A stretch of 64,000 nucleotides of DNA from Candidatus Nomurabacteria bacterium (GTDB taxonomy: Bacteria; Patescibacteriota; Minisyncoccia; Phycocordibacterales; CAIZLB01): the NCBI GenBank assembly GCA_943356525.1, contig CALRFG010000005.1, positions 2,921-66,920 on the forward strand, written 5' to 3'. The notes under the pieces are model-generated. The model was not told where the DNA came from, did no database searches, and was given only the letters and a program-made list of their open reading frames with translations. Numbering within the stretch: position 1 is the stretch's first letter; every line of letters begins with the position of its first letter. A program made the translations under genes and the position numbers. Shown here piece by piece: positions 38,354 to 51,988 of this stretch.

Positions 38354-39089
38354 TCATATACCTGAGACAGGTCATACGTACACAAAATACAGGATCATAA
38401 CAGAGACCTGTATTTTGATATACAAGAAAGTTGGCTTTTCTCCATTTCAGGTTTTAAAAGAAATAAAACCATTTATAGATGAGGAAAGTAGAGGTAAATT
38501 AACATTTGTTGGAAGACTTGATCCTATGGCTGAAGGTAATATACATGTATTGTGGAGCGGCGATGCTGAAGAGAAAAAAACTATAACATTACAAGATAAA
38601 GAATATCAGATAGACGTTCTATTAGGTGTGAAAACTGATACAGATGATATTTTAGGCTTGATTGATTTTGAAAATATTGAGACTGAAGTCCATACCGCTG
38701 ATTTTGATATAAAAATTCTGAAAAATTTTATTGGTCCATTTCACTATAATTATCCAAAATATTCATCACCTCATATAAAGAAAGTTTTAAAAGGTGAGAG
38801 TGTAGAGTTAAAAAAACAAGATGGTGAGATATATAGTATAGATTTTTTAAGTTTGGAAAATATTTCGAATACGGAGCTTAAATTTAAGATATTTACAAAA
38901 TTGAATCTGTGTCAAATGGAAGGAGATTTCAGATTGGATGAGATAAAGCTTAGTTGGAAAAAATTTTTTGAGAAAAATAAAGGAAATTTTAAAGTTTTAA
39001 GCTTAAATGTTAAGTGCAAGAGGGGGACATATATGAGGGTCCTGAGTCGAGAGTTGGGAGGTTTGGCACTAAGTATAGTTAGAGGGTAA
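38334..39089 (+). CDS. truB: tRNA pseudouridine(55) synthase TruB-like
   Basis: [30 protein letters not shown]; start uncertain. Confidence 0.75.
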   Translation: MNHQKNNHIPETGHTYTKYRIITETCILIYKKVGFSPFQVLKEIKPFIDEESRGKLTFVGRLDPMAEGNIHVLWSGDAEEKKTITLQDKEYQIDVLLGVKTDTDDILGLIDFENIETEVHTADFDIKILKNFIGPFHYNYPKYSSPHIKKVLKGESVELKKQDGEIYSIDFLSLENISNTELKFKIFTKLNLCQMEGDFRLDEIKLSWKKFFEKNKGNFKVLSLNVKCKRGTYMRVLSRELGGLALSIVRG

Positions 39090-39359
39090 ATTTATTTATT
39101 TCTTTCCGTTTCAGTCCTCTCTACATCTATATAATAATTTTAAAAGGTAAGGAGTATTTTAGTTTTGTCTATATATTATCAAATTTAAATAATTTAAGTT
39201 TAATTTTAGCAATAAGAATAAAGCTATTAACATTTAATTTGCATTTATTTTTTTATTTAGGGTATAATGTAATTATCTTTTATTTTTACAAATTAATAAA
39301 AGAGTTAGATTAGCCAATTTGTTTACTCATTAATCAAAAAATAAAAAAAATTAAATAAT

Positions 39360-39887
39360 ATGAAAAATTTACAAAAAGGATTTACGCTTATAGAGCTATT
39401 GGTGGTGATTGCGATCATCGGTATACTTTCAAGTATAGTGTTGGCGTCATTGAATAGTGCTAGAAGTAAAGGGACTGATACAGCAATTCAGTCAACTCTT
39501 TCAAACATGAGATCACAGGCTGAGTTGTATTACAGTACCAACAATAACTATGGTGGAAATACTGCCGCTAGTAACATAACATGTCCAACCAGTGCTGTTG
39601 CAAGTTCAACTAGTGGATTACTAGGAGTTGCTGCAGGTTCAGGTGGTTTGTTGGCACTTACTACAGACTTAGTATCCAAGGCTGGCGCAGCCAATAAAAC
39701 TCTGTGTTCAGTTTCTGCATATGGTACAGCTTGGGCTGCTGCTGCAGTTCTGTCAGATACAACAAAAGCTTTTTGTGTTGATAGTTCAGGTGTGTCAAAA
39801 GTTGTTACTATAACTGGCCCAGCTTTGAGTACGACTCTTGCCGCTTTACCTACAAACGTTATTAATGCAGCTGGTGTTTGTAACTAA
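39360..39887 (+). CDS. Type IV pilin-like protein
   Basis: KGFTLIELLVVIAIIGILSSIVLASL prepilin motif; C-terminal FCVDS. Confidence 0.9.
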   Translation: MKNLQKGFTLIELLVVIAIIGILSSIVLASLNSARSKGTDTAIQSTLSNMRSQAELYYSTNNNYGGNTAASNITCPTSAVASSTSGLLGVAAGSGGLLALTTDLVSKAGAANKTLCSVSAYGTAWAAAAVLSDTTKAFCVDSSGVSKVVTITGPALSTTLAALPTNVINAAGVCN

Positions 39888-39913
39888 TCCAACCCCATTC
39901 ACCCAGAACTTCC

Positions 39914-39942
39914 AAAAAACCACCTTCACAGGTGGTTTTTTT
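39914..39942 (+). terminator. Intrinsic terminator
   Basis: AAAAAACCACC-ttcac-AGGTGGTTTTTTT. Confidence 0.7.
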
Positions 39943-40147
39943 ATTGTAATATTTTTCACCATAATACATCACTAAATCAAACCATGACTATAAAATAATT
40001 TATATATAAACATATTAAGTTAATATTCACCTTTAAAAATAAGAATATGTTTTACTCTAAATGATTTACCATTTCTTCATAACTTCTTTTGCGTTTCTTT
40101 AACTTTTCTTTCATGAGACTTTATCTGGTGTCCGTATAATATCTGTT

Positions 40148-42739
40148 ATGAAAAAAATAATCATAACAATCATATTCATATTATCTACGAATATATCAGC
40201 TAAAACCATTATCACTGATACTTACTTTAACAATAAAACTATAAATTGGACTGCTGACGGTAGTCCTTATATTATTCAAAAAAAAATAACTTTAGCCTCG
40301 TCTACGTTAAATATAGATAATGCTCAAATCATATTTGAAAACAGCTCTATAAACCTATTCACCAATAGTTTTGTAAATATAAATAACACAGATATATCTG
40401 GAATATCTCCTTCATATGCATTTGCTTTGTTTAACTCTAAGTTTTCACTCAAAAATACAAAGATAAATACCAATAGATTTATTGAATCATATGGAAGCGA
40501 TATAAATATAGATAATCTAAGAAGTCTAAACTCTTATAATAAAGATTTATTTAGTCTTTATGGTGGTTCAAACCTAAATATGACAAACTCTTATATTGAA
40601 AACTATAAAGGTAACGTCTTTGGTATAAATAATGCAAATAAAGTTAATATTCAAAATACTGAGTTTATAAAGAATGAAAGGGTTATAGAGTTATATTATG
40701 CAAGCTCTACTTTGATAAATAAAAACGATTTCGAGCATAACAATATAGCCATAGAATCATATATAAAAGGTAATTTCGAAAATAACTATTTTCAAAAAGA
40801 TAATCCAACTATACACTCATTCAAAGATAGTGCTGAGGAAAATGAAAATAATATATTGGCTGGACCATTTAATATAAATATCTTTTCTAAAGAGAAAAAC
40901 ATTAAAAAATTAGAAAACTGTTGCTCGAATATCCTTTTTCTACCAGGTGTTATGGGTAGTCGTTTATATATGTCAGGCCTTACTCAAAATCAACTTTGGG
41001 AACCAAATAAGAATACTGATGTTAAAAAGTTATATCTTGATGAGTTAGGTAAAAGTATAAATAATATATTCACTAAGGATATTATTGTTAAGACAAATAT
41101 CTTAGGAGGCTTACCGTTTGTTGATAAAGATATATATAAAGATTTTTCAGATTACTTAGAAAAATTAAAAAAAGATAAAATTATAACTGATTATAATGCT
41201 GTTCCGTACGATTGGAGAATGTCAGCCGATTATATATTATCTGAAGGTATAAAAACAAAAGATAAAAATATAGACCTAATAAAAACTATACAAGATTTAC
41301 AAAAAACATCTCGTAATGGAAAAGTTACTATAATCACTCATAGTAATGGGGGACTTGTTGCCAAACAGCTTATCATTGAACTTAAAAAACAACATTTAGA
41401 AAACATTATTGAAAATGTGATATTTGTTGCTATGCCCGAGTATGGCACAGCCCAGGCAATAACAGCACTTATGTTTGGACATCAACAATCTTTGGCAGGT
41501 GGTTTGATCATGCGGTCATCTATTGCTCGGGAGTTGGGAAAAAATATGCCAACAGCCTACACGTTTTTACCTTCAGAAAAATATTACACATATAATCCAT
41601 ACTCCGATAAACTATTACAAGAAACTGTTATCAGAAATTATTCGCGTATAAATCTAACGCTTCAAGAAAAAGCTAAGACTTTACACCAAGAGTTAGACAA
41701 TATTGTGTACCCATCAAACATAAATATTTATCAAATACTCGGTACAGGGATAAACACCATGTCAGATATAAAACTTGATGATAAAAATTTATTTAAAATA
41801 ATACCGCTCTATAATAAAAATGGAGATGGGGTTGTTCAAGACATGTATTCATCACGTTACGGAACTACAACCTTTGTTGATTTAAAAGACACTATATATA
41901 AACATGCCAATATTATGAATAGTGATAGAGTTATATCAAATATAAACAGTATAATAAACCCAATACGGTTTGACCGCACTGACTATGGTCTTGATTATAA
42001 TAAGATAATCAAAAACAATAATTATAAATTATTAAGAATCACCCGGAGCCAAAACGAAGGTTCTCAGTATTTAGCTCCGTTAGATATGGATTTGAGTTTA
42101 GGTATGACAAAGTTAAATCATAATCCAGCCAATGAGTTATATATAAATAAATACAACTCAAATAGTCTAAGTAATTTTGATAAAGTAATAGAAGTTTTGG
42201 ATAATAGCAATAGATTTGAACTATATGATCAAAGTATAAACTATCTATATAGTGATGATTTAGATAAAATATCCATAAACTCAAAAACAAATAACACTTT
42301 AGATCTTAGTATTTTAGAAAATATAGATGGTGAGATTTCAGAATTGGAATATAAAAATATACCTGTATTTAGAAATAGTGAGATGATTTTTGATATTAAT
42401 GAAAACTCTGATGCTTTAAATATAAGTTTACCTCTAACAAAGCAGATGTTAAGTTTTCATAATCAAAAATCTGGTAGCTCTACAGATGAAAAAATTAATA
42501 AAATAGTTAGTGACATAAACTCTTCCAAGATGGAGTTTTACTTAAAGGATAGATATATAAGACGTATAGAAGTATATAGGAAAAATAAAGATGATAAATA
42601 TCTCAAAACCCTAGGAAAAAGAGTTGCTGATGCCATAGATTCTATAGCGAAACTGTCATACAGCCCTGCTCTGAAAGCCCGTTATTCTAAGGTGAAAGAG
42701 GATTATATTTATCTAAAATTATTATTGCTAATATTGTAA
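40148..42739 (+). CDS. Secreted protein: beta-helix region + alpha/beta hydrolase (LCAT/lipase-like)
   Basis: Signal peptide; LFLPGVMGS, PYDWR, THSNGGL nucleophile elbow, GDGVV. Confidence 0.75.
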   Translation: MKKIIITIIFILSTNISAKTIITDTYFNNKTINWTADGSPYIIQKKITLASSTLNIDNAQIIFENSSINLFTNSFVNINNTDISGISPSYAFALFNSKFSLKNTKINTNRFIESYGSDINIDNLRSLNSYNKDLFSLYGGSNLNMTNSYIENYKGNVFGINNANKVNIQNTEFIKNERVIELYYASSTLINKNDFEHNNIAIESYIKGNFENNYFQKDNPTIHSFKDSAEENENNILAGPFNINIFSKEKNIKKLENCCSNILFLPGVMGSRLYMSGLTQNQLWEPNKNTDVKKLYLDELGKSINNIFTKDIIVKTNILGGLPFVDKDIYKDFSDYLEKLKKDKIITDYNAVPYDWRMSADYILSEGIKTKDKNIDLIKTIQDLQKTSRNGKVTIITHSNGGLVAKQLIIELKKQHLENIIENVIFVAMPEYGTAQAITALMFGHQQSLAGGLIMRSSIARELGKNMPTAYTFLPSEKYYTYNPYSDKLLQETVIRNYSRINLTLQEKAKTLHQELDNIVYPSNINIYQILGTGINTMSDIKLDDKNLFKIIPLYNKNGDGVVQDMYSSRYGTTTFVDLKDTIYKHANIMNSDRVISNINSIINPIRFDRTDYGLDYNKIIKNNNYKLLRITRSQNEGSQYLAPLDMDLSLGMTKLNHNPANELYINKYNSNSLSNFDKVIEVLDNSNRFELYDQSINYLYSDDLDKISINSKTNNTLDLSILENIDGEISELEYKNIPVFRNSEMIFDINENSDALNISLPLTKQMLSFHNQKSGSSTDEKINKIVSDINSSKMEFYLKDRYIRRIEVYRKNKDDKYLKTLGKRVADAIDSIAKLSYSPALKARYSKVKEDYIYLKLLLLIL

Positions 42740-42760
42740 AACCGTGATAATGTATCAACG

Positions 42761-42852
42761 TGGTCTCGAATACCATAGGTGGCAATAAACGAAAGTTTAA
42801 AACCATAAACCCTGTGTAGATTCCGGCAAATGTCTTTGACAAATGCCAGACC
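42761..42852 (+). promoter_or_regulatory. Putative L10 leader (ribosomal protein autoregulatory RNA)
   Basis: Structured 5' UTR of rplJ (GGTCT...AGACC closing stem, CATAGG...CCTGTG internal stem). Confidence 0.45.
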
Positions 42853-42883
42853 TAATTAAAAGAAACTTAATATAAATCAATAT

Positions 42884-43372
42884 ATGGCAATTTCAAAAAA
42901 CAAAAAAGTTGAAGTTGTGTCGAATGTATCTGATATCGCTAAAAAATCTGGATCATTAGTGTTTGTGAATTTTCACAAATTGAATGTTGTAGAGACAGGT
43001 GAAGTTCGAAACTCACTTCGAAAAGCAGATGTTGGATATAGAGTCGCTAAGAAGACATTGATAAAAAGAGCTTTATCTGATCTAGGTATAAAAGGTGAAC
43101 TACCATCTCTTGATGGGGAAGTTGCTATAGTATATGGAGATGATTTGCTTGCCCCTTCACGTGAGGTTCTTGGATTTACAAAAAAATTCAAAGACAGACT
43201 TACAATAATAGGTGGTATATTTGATAATGAATACAAATCAAAAGAGGAAATGATTTCAATCGCTTCTATTCCTGACTTTAAAACATTACAAGCTCAATTC
43301 GTTCAACTTATCAATTCACCGATACAACGATTTGTACTTGCTCTTGACGCTATTGCGAAAAAGAACAGTTAA
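42884..43372 (+). CDS. rplJ: 50S ribosomal protein L10
   Basis: KKVEVV, RVAKKTLIKRAL, GGIFD; followed by rplL. Confidence 0.93.
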   Translation: MAISKNKKVEVVSNVSDIAKKSGSLVFVNFHKLNVVETGEVRNSLRKADVGYRVAKKTLIKRALSDLGIKGELPSLDGEVAIVYGDDLLAPSREVLGFTKKFKDRLTIIGGIFDNEYKSKEEMISIASIPDFKTLQAQFVQLINSPIQRFVLALDAIAKKNS

Positions 43373-43419
43373 AACAATCAACTATATTTATTAAATAATA
43401 ATTAAATTAAAATAAAATT

Positions 43420-43935
43420 ATGAAAGATCAAGAAGAAACAATCGTAGATACAGCCGCAGATGTGGTTGTGGATACAACAGCAGATACAGTAGAAGAAACA
43501 GTAGCTCCAGCTCCTGTAGCAGCCCCTGTAGCTGAAAAAAAGGTAGAAGTAGAAGAAAATGTTGCAACTCCAGCTCAATTTAAAACAGTTGTAGAGGCAA
43601 TAGAAAAAATGACAGTTCTAGAATTACATGAACTTGTAAAATTCCTAGAAAAGAAGTTTGGCGTTTCAGCATCAGCTGTAGCTGTAGCGGCTCCAGCCGG
43701 AGGTGCGGCATCTGCAGATGAGAAATCATCATTTGATGTAGTTTTGAAAGATGGAGGTGCTAACAAAATCTCAGTTATCAAAGTTATCAAAGAAGTACTA
43801 GGTCTAGGTCTTAAAGAGGCAAAAGACTTAGTTGACGCAGCCCCATCACCTATAAAAGCAGGTATGAAAAAAGAGGATGCAGACGCTTTGAAAAAACAAA
43901 TAGAAGAGGCTGGTGGAACTGTAGAATTGAAATAA
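43420..43935 (+). CDS. rplL: 50S ribosomal protein L7/L12 with acidic N-terminal extension
   Basis: [39 protein letters not shown]. Confidence 0.95.
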   Translation: MKDQEETIVDTAADVVVDTTADTVEETVAPAPVAAPVAEKKVEVEENVATPAQFKTVVEAIEKMTVLELHELVKFLEKKFGVSASAVAVAAPAGGAASADEKSSFDVVLKDGGANKISVIKVIKEVLGLGLKEAKDLVDAAPSPIKAGMKKEDADALKKQIEEAGGTVELK

Positions 43936-44050
43936 TTCAACATCCTACACAATCTTTTGTAAGTTTTAACACTTTTGACAAATAAACCGTATATATTATA
44001 TGGTTTTTTTGTTTACCTAAAACTAGGTCAAAGCATGTTATATTATATAT

Positions 44051-44932
44051 ATGAATAAGAATAAATCTGCTATCAAAAAAACTGCAAGAAAACCTGTTAT
44101 TGTAAAAAAAACAGTCTCTAAGGTAAAAAAGATTGTTAAAAAAATCGAAATATCGAAATCGAAATCGAAATCGAAATCAAAATTAAAATCAAAATCAATA
44201 TCAAAAACAAAAACAAGGTCAATGTCAAAACCTGCACCTAAGCCAGTACCTAAGCCTGTATTAAAGCCAAAAGTTCAAGTTATTTCTAGGCCAAAAGAAA
44301 TAATTGTAGACTCAAAAGATGCCAATGACAATCAGATCTTAGAAAGTTTTTTAGGTAGTTCAAATAAGGTTAAATTATGGAAAGTTTTTTTACTGAACAC
44401 TTCGAAAGATTTTTTGTTAAAAGATTTACTTAAATTAACAAAAATTAAGCATGATACTCTTATATTGGAATTACGCGATCTTATGAGGTTGGGAATAATC
44501 AAAGCTGGAAAAAAAGAAAAAATTATTACATATAGAACAAATAAAGATTTTCCCTTACTTGTGGAGATTACAGAAATGATTCTATCTGTAATACCTAGAT
44601 CAGTAGAAAAAATTTTAGAAAAATTGAACAGACTAAGTCGTTTAAAAGTTGTTTTACTATCAGGTTTTTTTACTGCCCAGCTAGCAAAACAAAAAACTCT
44701 ATCAAATACAATGAACTCAAATGTTGATCTACTATTAGTTTTTGAGAAAGTTCCTGACAATGTAGATATTGTAGTTTCTGAACTAGAATACAATATTGGT
44801 AAAGAGTTGACCTATTCAGCCTTAGATCAAAATGATTTCAAGTACAGACACTCTATAGGGGATAAGCTTATTCGCGATATACTTGATTTTGACCACATAA
44901 TAGCTATGGATAAGTTGTCTTTCTTTAGATAA
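44051..44932 (+). CDS. Hypothetical protein (Lys/Ser-rich N-terminus, wHTH plus degenerate nucleotidyltransferase-like region)
   Basis: ATCGAA tandem repeats encoding an SK run; LSGFF...VDLLLV. Confidence 0.6.
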   Translation: MNKNKSAIKKTARKPVIVKKTVSKVKKIVKKIEISKSKSKSKSKLKSKSISKTKTRSMSKPAPKPVPKPVLKPKVQVISRPKEIIVDSKDANDNQILESFLGSSNKVKLWKVFLLNTSKDFLLKDLLKLTKIKHDTLILELRDLMRLGIIKAGKKEKIITYRTNKDFPLLVEITEMILSVIPRSVEKILEKLNRLSRLKVVLLSGFFTAQLAKQKTLSNTMNSNVDLLLVFEKVPDNVDIVVSELEYNIGKELTYSALDQNDFKYRHSIGDKLIRDILDFDHIIAMDKLSFFR

Positions 44933-44999
44933 AGATATGATATAATTAATATGTATTATTAGCTTAATAAAATATAAAAAAATATAAAAAACAAAACAT

Positions 45000-45704
45000 A
45001 TGCCGACACAAATTTTTAGTTCAGGATTATTAGGAAGTGCAGTATCAGAATCATACCTTAGCGTAAAAGAAGCTTTGCTTGGCTACGGTATACTTATAGT
45101 ATTTGCGACAATTATTTTTGTTATAACTTGGGTTGTTGCAGATTATATTGGAAAATTAGTTAAAAAAGTTTTTGATAAAATGAAGTTAGATGAGGCTTTA
45201 AAACAAGCTGGTTTTGGTGAGGTTCTACGTAAAGGTGGAGTAAATCTAAGCACAGGATCTTTCTTTGGTGGATTATTAAAATGGACTATTATTACAATAA
45301 TATTCCTAGCAATACTACAAATGCTGGGTCTAAGTGATGTTTCAATGATTATAGGATCAATAATTGCCTTATATCTTCCAAAGATAGTTGCATCTATACT
45401 TATCCTATTAGTCGCATTTATATTAGGTGATGTATTAAAAAAAGTTGTAACCACAGGTGCTGCAAATGCTCACTTGGCGTCAGCTAAAATGTTAGGCTCC
45501 CTTACTAAAGCTTCTATTATAATATTTGCTGTACTTTCAGCCCTAGTGCAGCTAGGTATTGCAGTTACACTTATAAATACAATATTCATAGGTGTTGTTG
45601 TAGCAATCTCACTTGCAACAGGCTTAGCCTTTGGTCTTGGTGGAAAAGATATGGCTACTCGTATATTGAACAAGGCATCTGATGAATTAACTCATAGAAA
45701 ATAG
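45000..45704 (+). CDS. Conserved TM-helix repeat protein (small mechanosensitive-channel-like)
   Basis: YLPKIVASILIL; GLAFGLGGKD. Confidence 0.75.
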   Translation: MPTQIFSSGLLGSAVSESYLSVKEALLGYGILIVFATIIFVITWVVADYIGKLVKKVFDKMKLDEALKQAGFGEVLRKGGVNLSTGSFFGGLLKWTIITIIFLAILQMLGLSDVSMIIGSIIALYLPKIVASILILLVAFILGDVLKKVVTTGAANAHLASAKMLGSLTKASIIIFAVLSALVQLGIAVTLINTIFIGVVVAISLATGLAFGLGGKDMATRILNKASDELTHRK

Positions 45705-45945
45705 CTTGACTTTCGTGTCTGAACATGCTATCATAGCTTATGTGAGGTGGAGGAAGGATGTTAAGCAATTAACAGAAACCCTCTAATTCCAAACGAAATT
45801 GTAAAAACCTTTTAGCACTGCTGTGTTGAAGGGTTTTTACTTTTGTATATTTATGTAATAATAGAAGGGTATTCATTAATATAGTCGACTAGCCACTGCA
45901 CTCACATTAACATTTCGTTTGGAGCTCGCATTCGGCTAGTCGACT

Positions 45946-46662
45946 ATGGGTGTGAATATTTCTAAAATATCTAAAAAAACTAAAAAGACCGATACGCTAA
46001 ATTTTCACATAATATCTCTTTTTCCAGAGTCTTTTGATTCATATATAGATAAATCAATCATAGCTCGTGCTATAGAAAAAAAATTCATTAAAGTTGAATT
46101 TTATAATCCAAAAATTTTTGCTACACCGAATCCTGCAGGCATCTCAAAAGTTGATGACAGGCCTTATGGTGGAGGACCAGGTATGGTCATAAAAGCTGAA
46201 CCGATTCTAAAATCTGTAGAGAAAATATTCTCAAAAAAAACTATAGTAAAAACTAAAACTCTGATCGTTTTTTTATCACCATCAGGAGTTCAATTTGATA
46301 CAGAATTAGCCACCAAATTTTCAAAAAAATATAAAGATATAATCATCGTTTGTGGTCGCTATGAGGGCATAGATGCAAGAGTAAAAAAAGTTTTTCCTAT
46401 GATAGATGTATCTGTCGGTCCTTGGGTAACTACAGGTGGTGAGCTACCTGCGCTTATAATGATAGATGTTATTGCTAGGCAAGTAGAAGGTGTTCTTGGA
46501 AAATTTGAATCACGTGAAGAATCTCGTATATCATCATCTGATGTTTACACTCGTCCAGAAGTTTTGATATATAAAAATAAAAAATACAAAGTACCGAAAG
46601 TTTTACTTTCTGGTAATCATAAAGAGATAGATAAATGGAAGGAAAACAGCGGGTTAAAATAG
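45946..46662 (+). CDS. trmD: tRNA (guanine37-N1)-methyltransferase
   Basis: VDDRPYGGGPGMV, CGRYEGIDAR, TGGELPA, YTRP, LLSGNH. Confidence 0.95.
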   Translation: MGVNISKISKKTKKTDTLNFHIISLFPESFDSYIDKSIIARAIEKKFIKVEFYNPKIFATPNPAGISKVDDRPYGGGPGMVIKAEPILKSVEKIFSKKTIVKTKTLIVFLSPSGVQFDTELATKFSKKYKDIIIVCGRYEGIDARVKKVFPMIDVSVGPWVTTGGELPALIMIDVIARQVEGVLGKFESREESRISSSDVYTRPEVLIYKNKKYKVPKVLLSGNHKEIDKWKENSGLK

Positions 46663-46738
46663 ATTTTTTTAATGGACAGAGTGTCCTTTAAAAGAACCTT
46701 TGTTTATATAGTGTATAGCTTGATTTGAACGGGACAGA

Positions 46739-46758
46739 TTATCCACAAATTACCCACA
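46739..46758 (+). promoter_or_regulatory. Two DnaA-box-like sites
   Basis: TTATCCACA (46739-46747) and TTACCCACA (46750-46758). Confidence 0.5.
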
Positions 46759-46780
46759 AAGATAAAGGTATATACAATGC

Positions 46781-46808
46781 TTGACTTTATTTCCCATTCG
46801 AGTATAAT
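46781..46808 (+). promoter_or_regulatory. Sigma70 promoter of the 23S-5S unit
   Basis: TTGACT-16 nt-TATAAT. Confidence 0.7.
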
Positions 46809-47067
46809 AGACGACCATACAGTATGATAATAAACCAACGAAAAAAACGGATATAAAGACCAAAGCAATAGCTTAAAGTTTTCATATCCGCTTTTCGTTG
46901 AAAGCGGATTTTCCTTCGCAAATTGACAATTACAAACCTTCGCGTAAACAAATTGTTGAGTAAACAGTTTGGCAATCGGGATTTCTCAGGAAAGCCCCCG
47001 GTTGAAAAATTAGGTAAACGCAGAAGGATAATTAACATACATTTTCACGATTGTGGTATATGTATTT

Positions 47068-50464
<3,397 letters not shown>

Positions 50465-50591
50465 AATATGTATATCCAATCGTGAAAGTGTATGTTAATT
50501 AAATTGTAATTGAAAATCAAAAGTACGTGAGCTAAGCGAAAGATTTCTTTCTTGAAATCTGAAAGCTTAGCGAGCGTCATCGAATCTTTTG

Positions 50592-50703
50592 TTCTGGTGA
50601 CTCGTTGGAGGGGCCACACCTGATCTCATTCCGAACTCAGAAGTTAAGCCCTCTTAAGGCGATGGTACAAGCTTTACGCAAGGAGAGTAGCTTGTCGCCG
50701 GAA
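50592..50703 (+). rRNA. rrf: 5S ribosomal RNA
   Basis: CACACCTGATCTCATTCCGAACTCAGAAGTTAAGC; terminal stem TTCTGGTGAC/GTCGCCGGAA. Confidence 0.93.
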
Positions 50704-50784
50704 CAAAGTATTCGATTTTTCTTTGAAAAATTTTTGAAATAATAACCCGCCTCACTGGTGGTTTTTTTGTGGTATGATATTTGT

Positions 50785-51075
50785 ATGTCTAAAATAAATA
50801 AAATAAGTTTAATTATAGCCGGTGCTGTTTTTTTAATATATATTCTTTCTTATAATTCAATGTTAGGTGAAAGTGGTAATTTTATTGTATTGATTACAAT
50901 GTTTTTATTTGGATGGTTGGATGATATTGGCTATGGAAGTATTTTAGGGCTAGATAATCCAAGTTTTAATCTTGTAGTTGTTATCATAATGTCAGTTATG
51001 TTTTATATAATTTCTTTTATAATATTATCAATATTAAAATTTGTTTATAATAAAACCAAAAAGCTTATTGTTTAG
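50785..51075 (+). CDS. Small membrane protein
   Basis: Hydrophobic ORF; ATG at 50785 preferred. Confidence 0.55.
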   Translation: MSKINKISLIIAGAVFLIYILSYNSMLGESGNFIVLITMFLFGWLDDIGYGSILGLDNPSFNLVVVIIMSVMFYIISFIILSILKFVYNKTKKLIV

Positions 51076-51257
51076 AATTTAAAATAATGTAATGAATAGT
51101 GTTTTACTAGCTTGCATCCAGCCCAGTAAAATGGTATAAATACTGTACTCCTTCTGTTATTTCGATGGCAGAACGCGAAACCGTAACCTAGTGTTGTGGT
51201 TTCTGCTTTTTACACCCATCATTCTCATACTCAACCATATCTGCTATACTAACACAC

Positions 51258-51674
51258 ATGACAGACCTAAAAAATGATCAGCGTTGGCTACAAAGACTCG
51301 ATAATCTCGATCGTGTTTTGTTGCAATTACAAAAAGAATTGGCGGATCCGCAAAAAGAGTTCTCTCTCATAGAAAGAACAGGCATAATTCATTTTTTTGA
51401 AATGGCCTTCGAATTATCTTGGAAAACACTTAAAGATTTTTTTGAATACAAAGATATAGAAGTTTTTTCGTCCCCTAGAGACATTATAAAGCATGCTGGA
51501 AAACTTGAGATGATTGATAGTGAGTTATGGTTAAACATGCTTGAGGACAGAAATCTTTCAAATCATACCTATGATGAAAAACTTTCAATAGAATTGTTTA
51601 ATGACATAAGAGAAAATACATATTTAGGTTTATTTAAAAAATTAAGCAATGCTTTACATGCTCTTAAATCATAA
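51258..51674 (+). CDS. HEPN-domain toxin (nucleotidyltransferase substrate-binding, HI0074-like)
   Basis: FEMAFELSWKTLK, SPRDII, DRNLSNHTY (R-x4-H). Confidence 0.88.
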   Translation: MTDLKNDQRWLQRLDNLDRVLLQLQKELADPQKEFSLIERTGIIHFFEMAFELSWKTLKDFFEYKDIEVFSSPRDIIKHAGKLEMIDSELWLNMLEDRNLSNHTYDEKLSIELFNDIRENTYLGLFKKLSNALHALKS

Positions 51675-51677
51675 TAT

Positions 51678-51962
51678 ATGGGACTTGAAAATAAATATGT
51701 AAATGAAATAAAAAAAGCTGGTAAGAAATACGGTATACAAAAAATCATACTGTTTGGATCCAGAGCGTTGGGAACTCAAAAAAAACACTCAGATGTTGAT
51801 ATTGCCATTTTGTGTAAAGATAGAAAAACATTTTTAAGTTATAAAACATACCTGGAGTACGAAACATCTGTACCTTATACTTTTGACGTAATTCGCTTAA
51901 GTGATGTAAGTCATAAAAAATTATTGAAACATATAGAAGATCACGGTATTTTACTGATGTGA
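51678..51962 (+). CDS. Minimal nucleotidyltransferase (MNT) antitoxin
   Basis: LFGSRALG...SDVDIA; adjacent to the HEPN gene. Confidence 0.88.
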   Translation: MGLENKYVNEIKKAGKKYGIQKIILFGSRALGTQKKHSDVDIAILCKDRKTFLSYKTYLEYETSVPYTFDVIRLSDVSHKKLLKHIEDHGILLM

Positions 51963-51988
51963 TATAAAAAATATGGTATAATCCGTTT

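Noticed and set aside
43420-43560. L7/L12 N-terminal extension as a novelty
   Set aside because: Low-complexity acidic extensions seem common in Parcubacteria L7/L12 (from recall); not compelling
44143-44200. ATCGAA tandem repeats as CRISPR or contingency locus
   Set aside because: In-frame 6-nt repeats encoding a Ser-Lys low-complexity tract; no spacers and no cas genes anywhere in the window
46739-46758. Replication origin oriC
   Set aside because: Only two boxes and no dnaA/dnaN nearby; insufficient evidence
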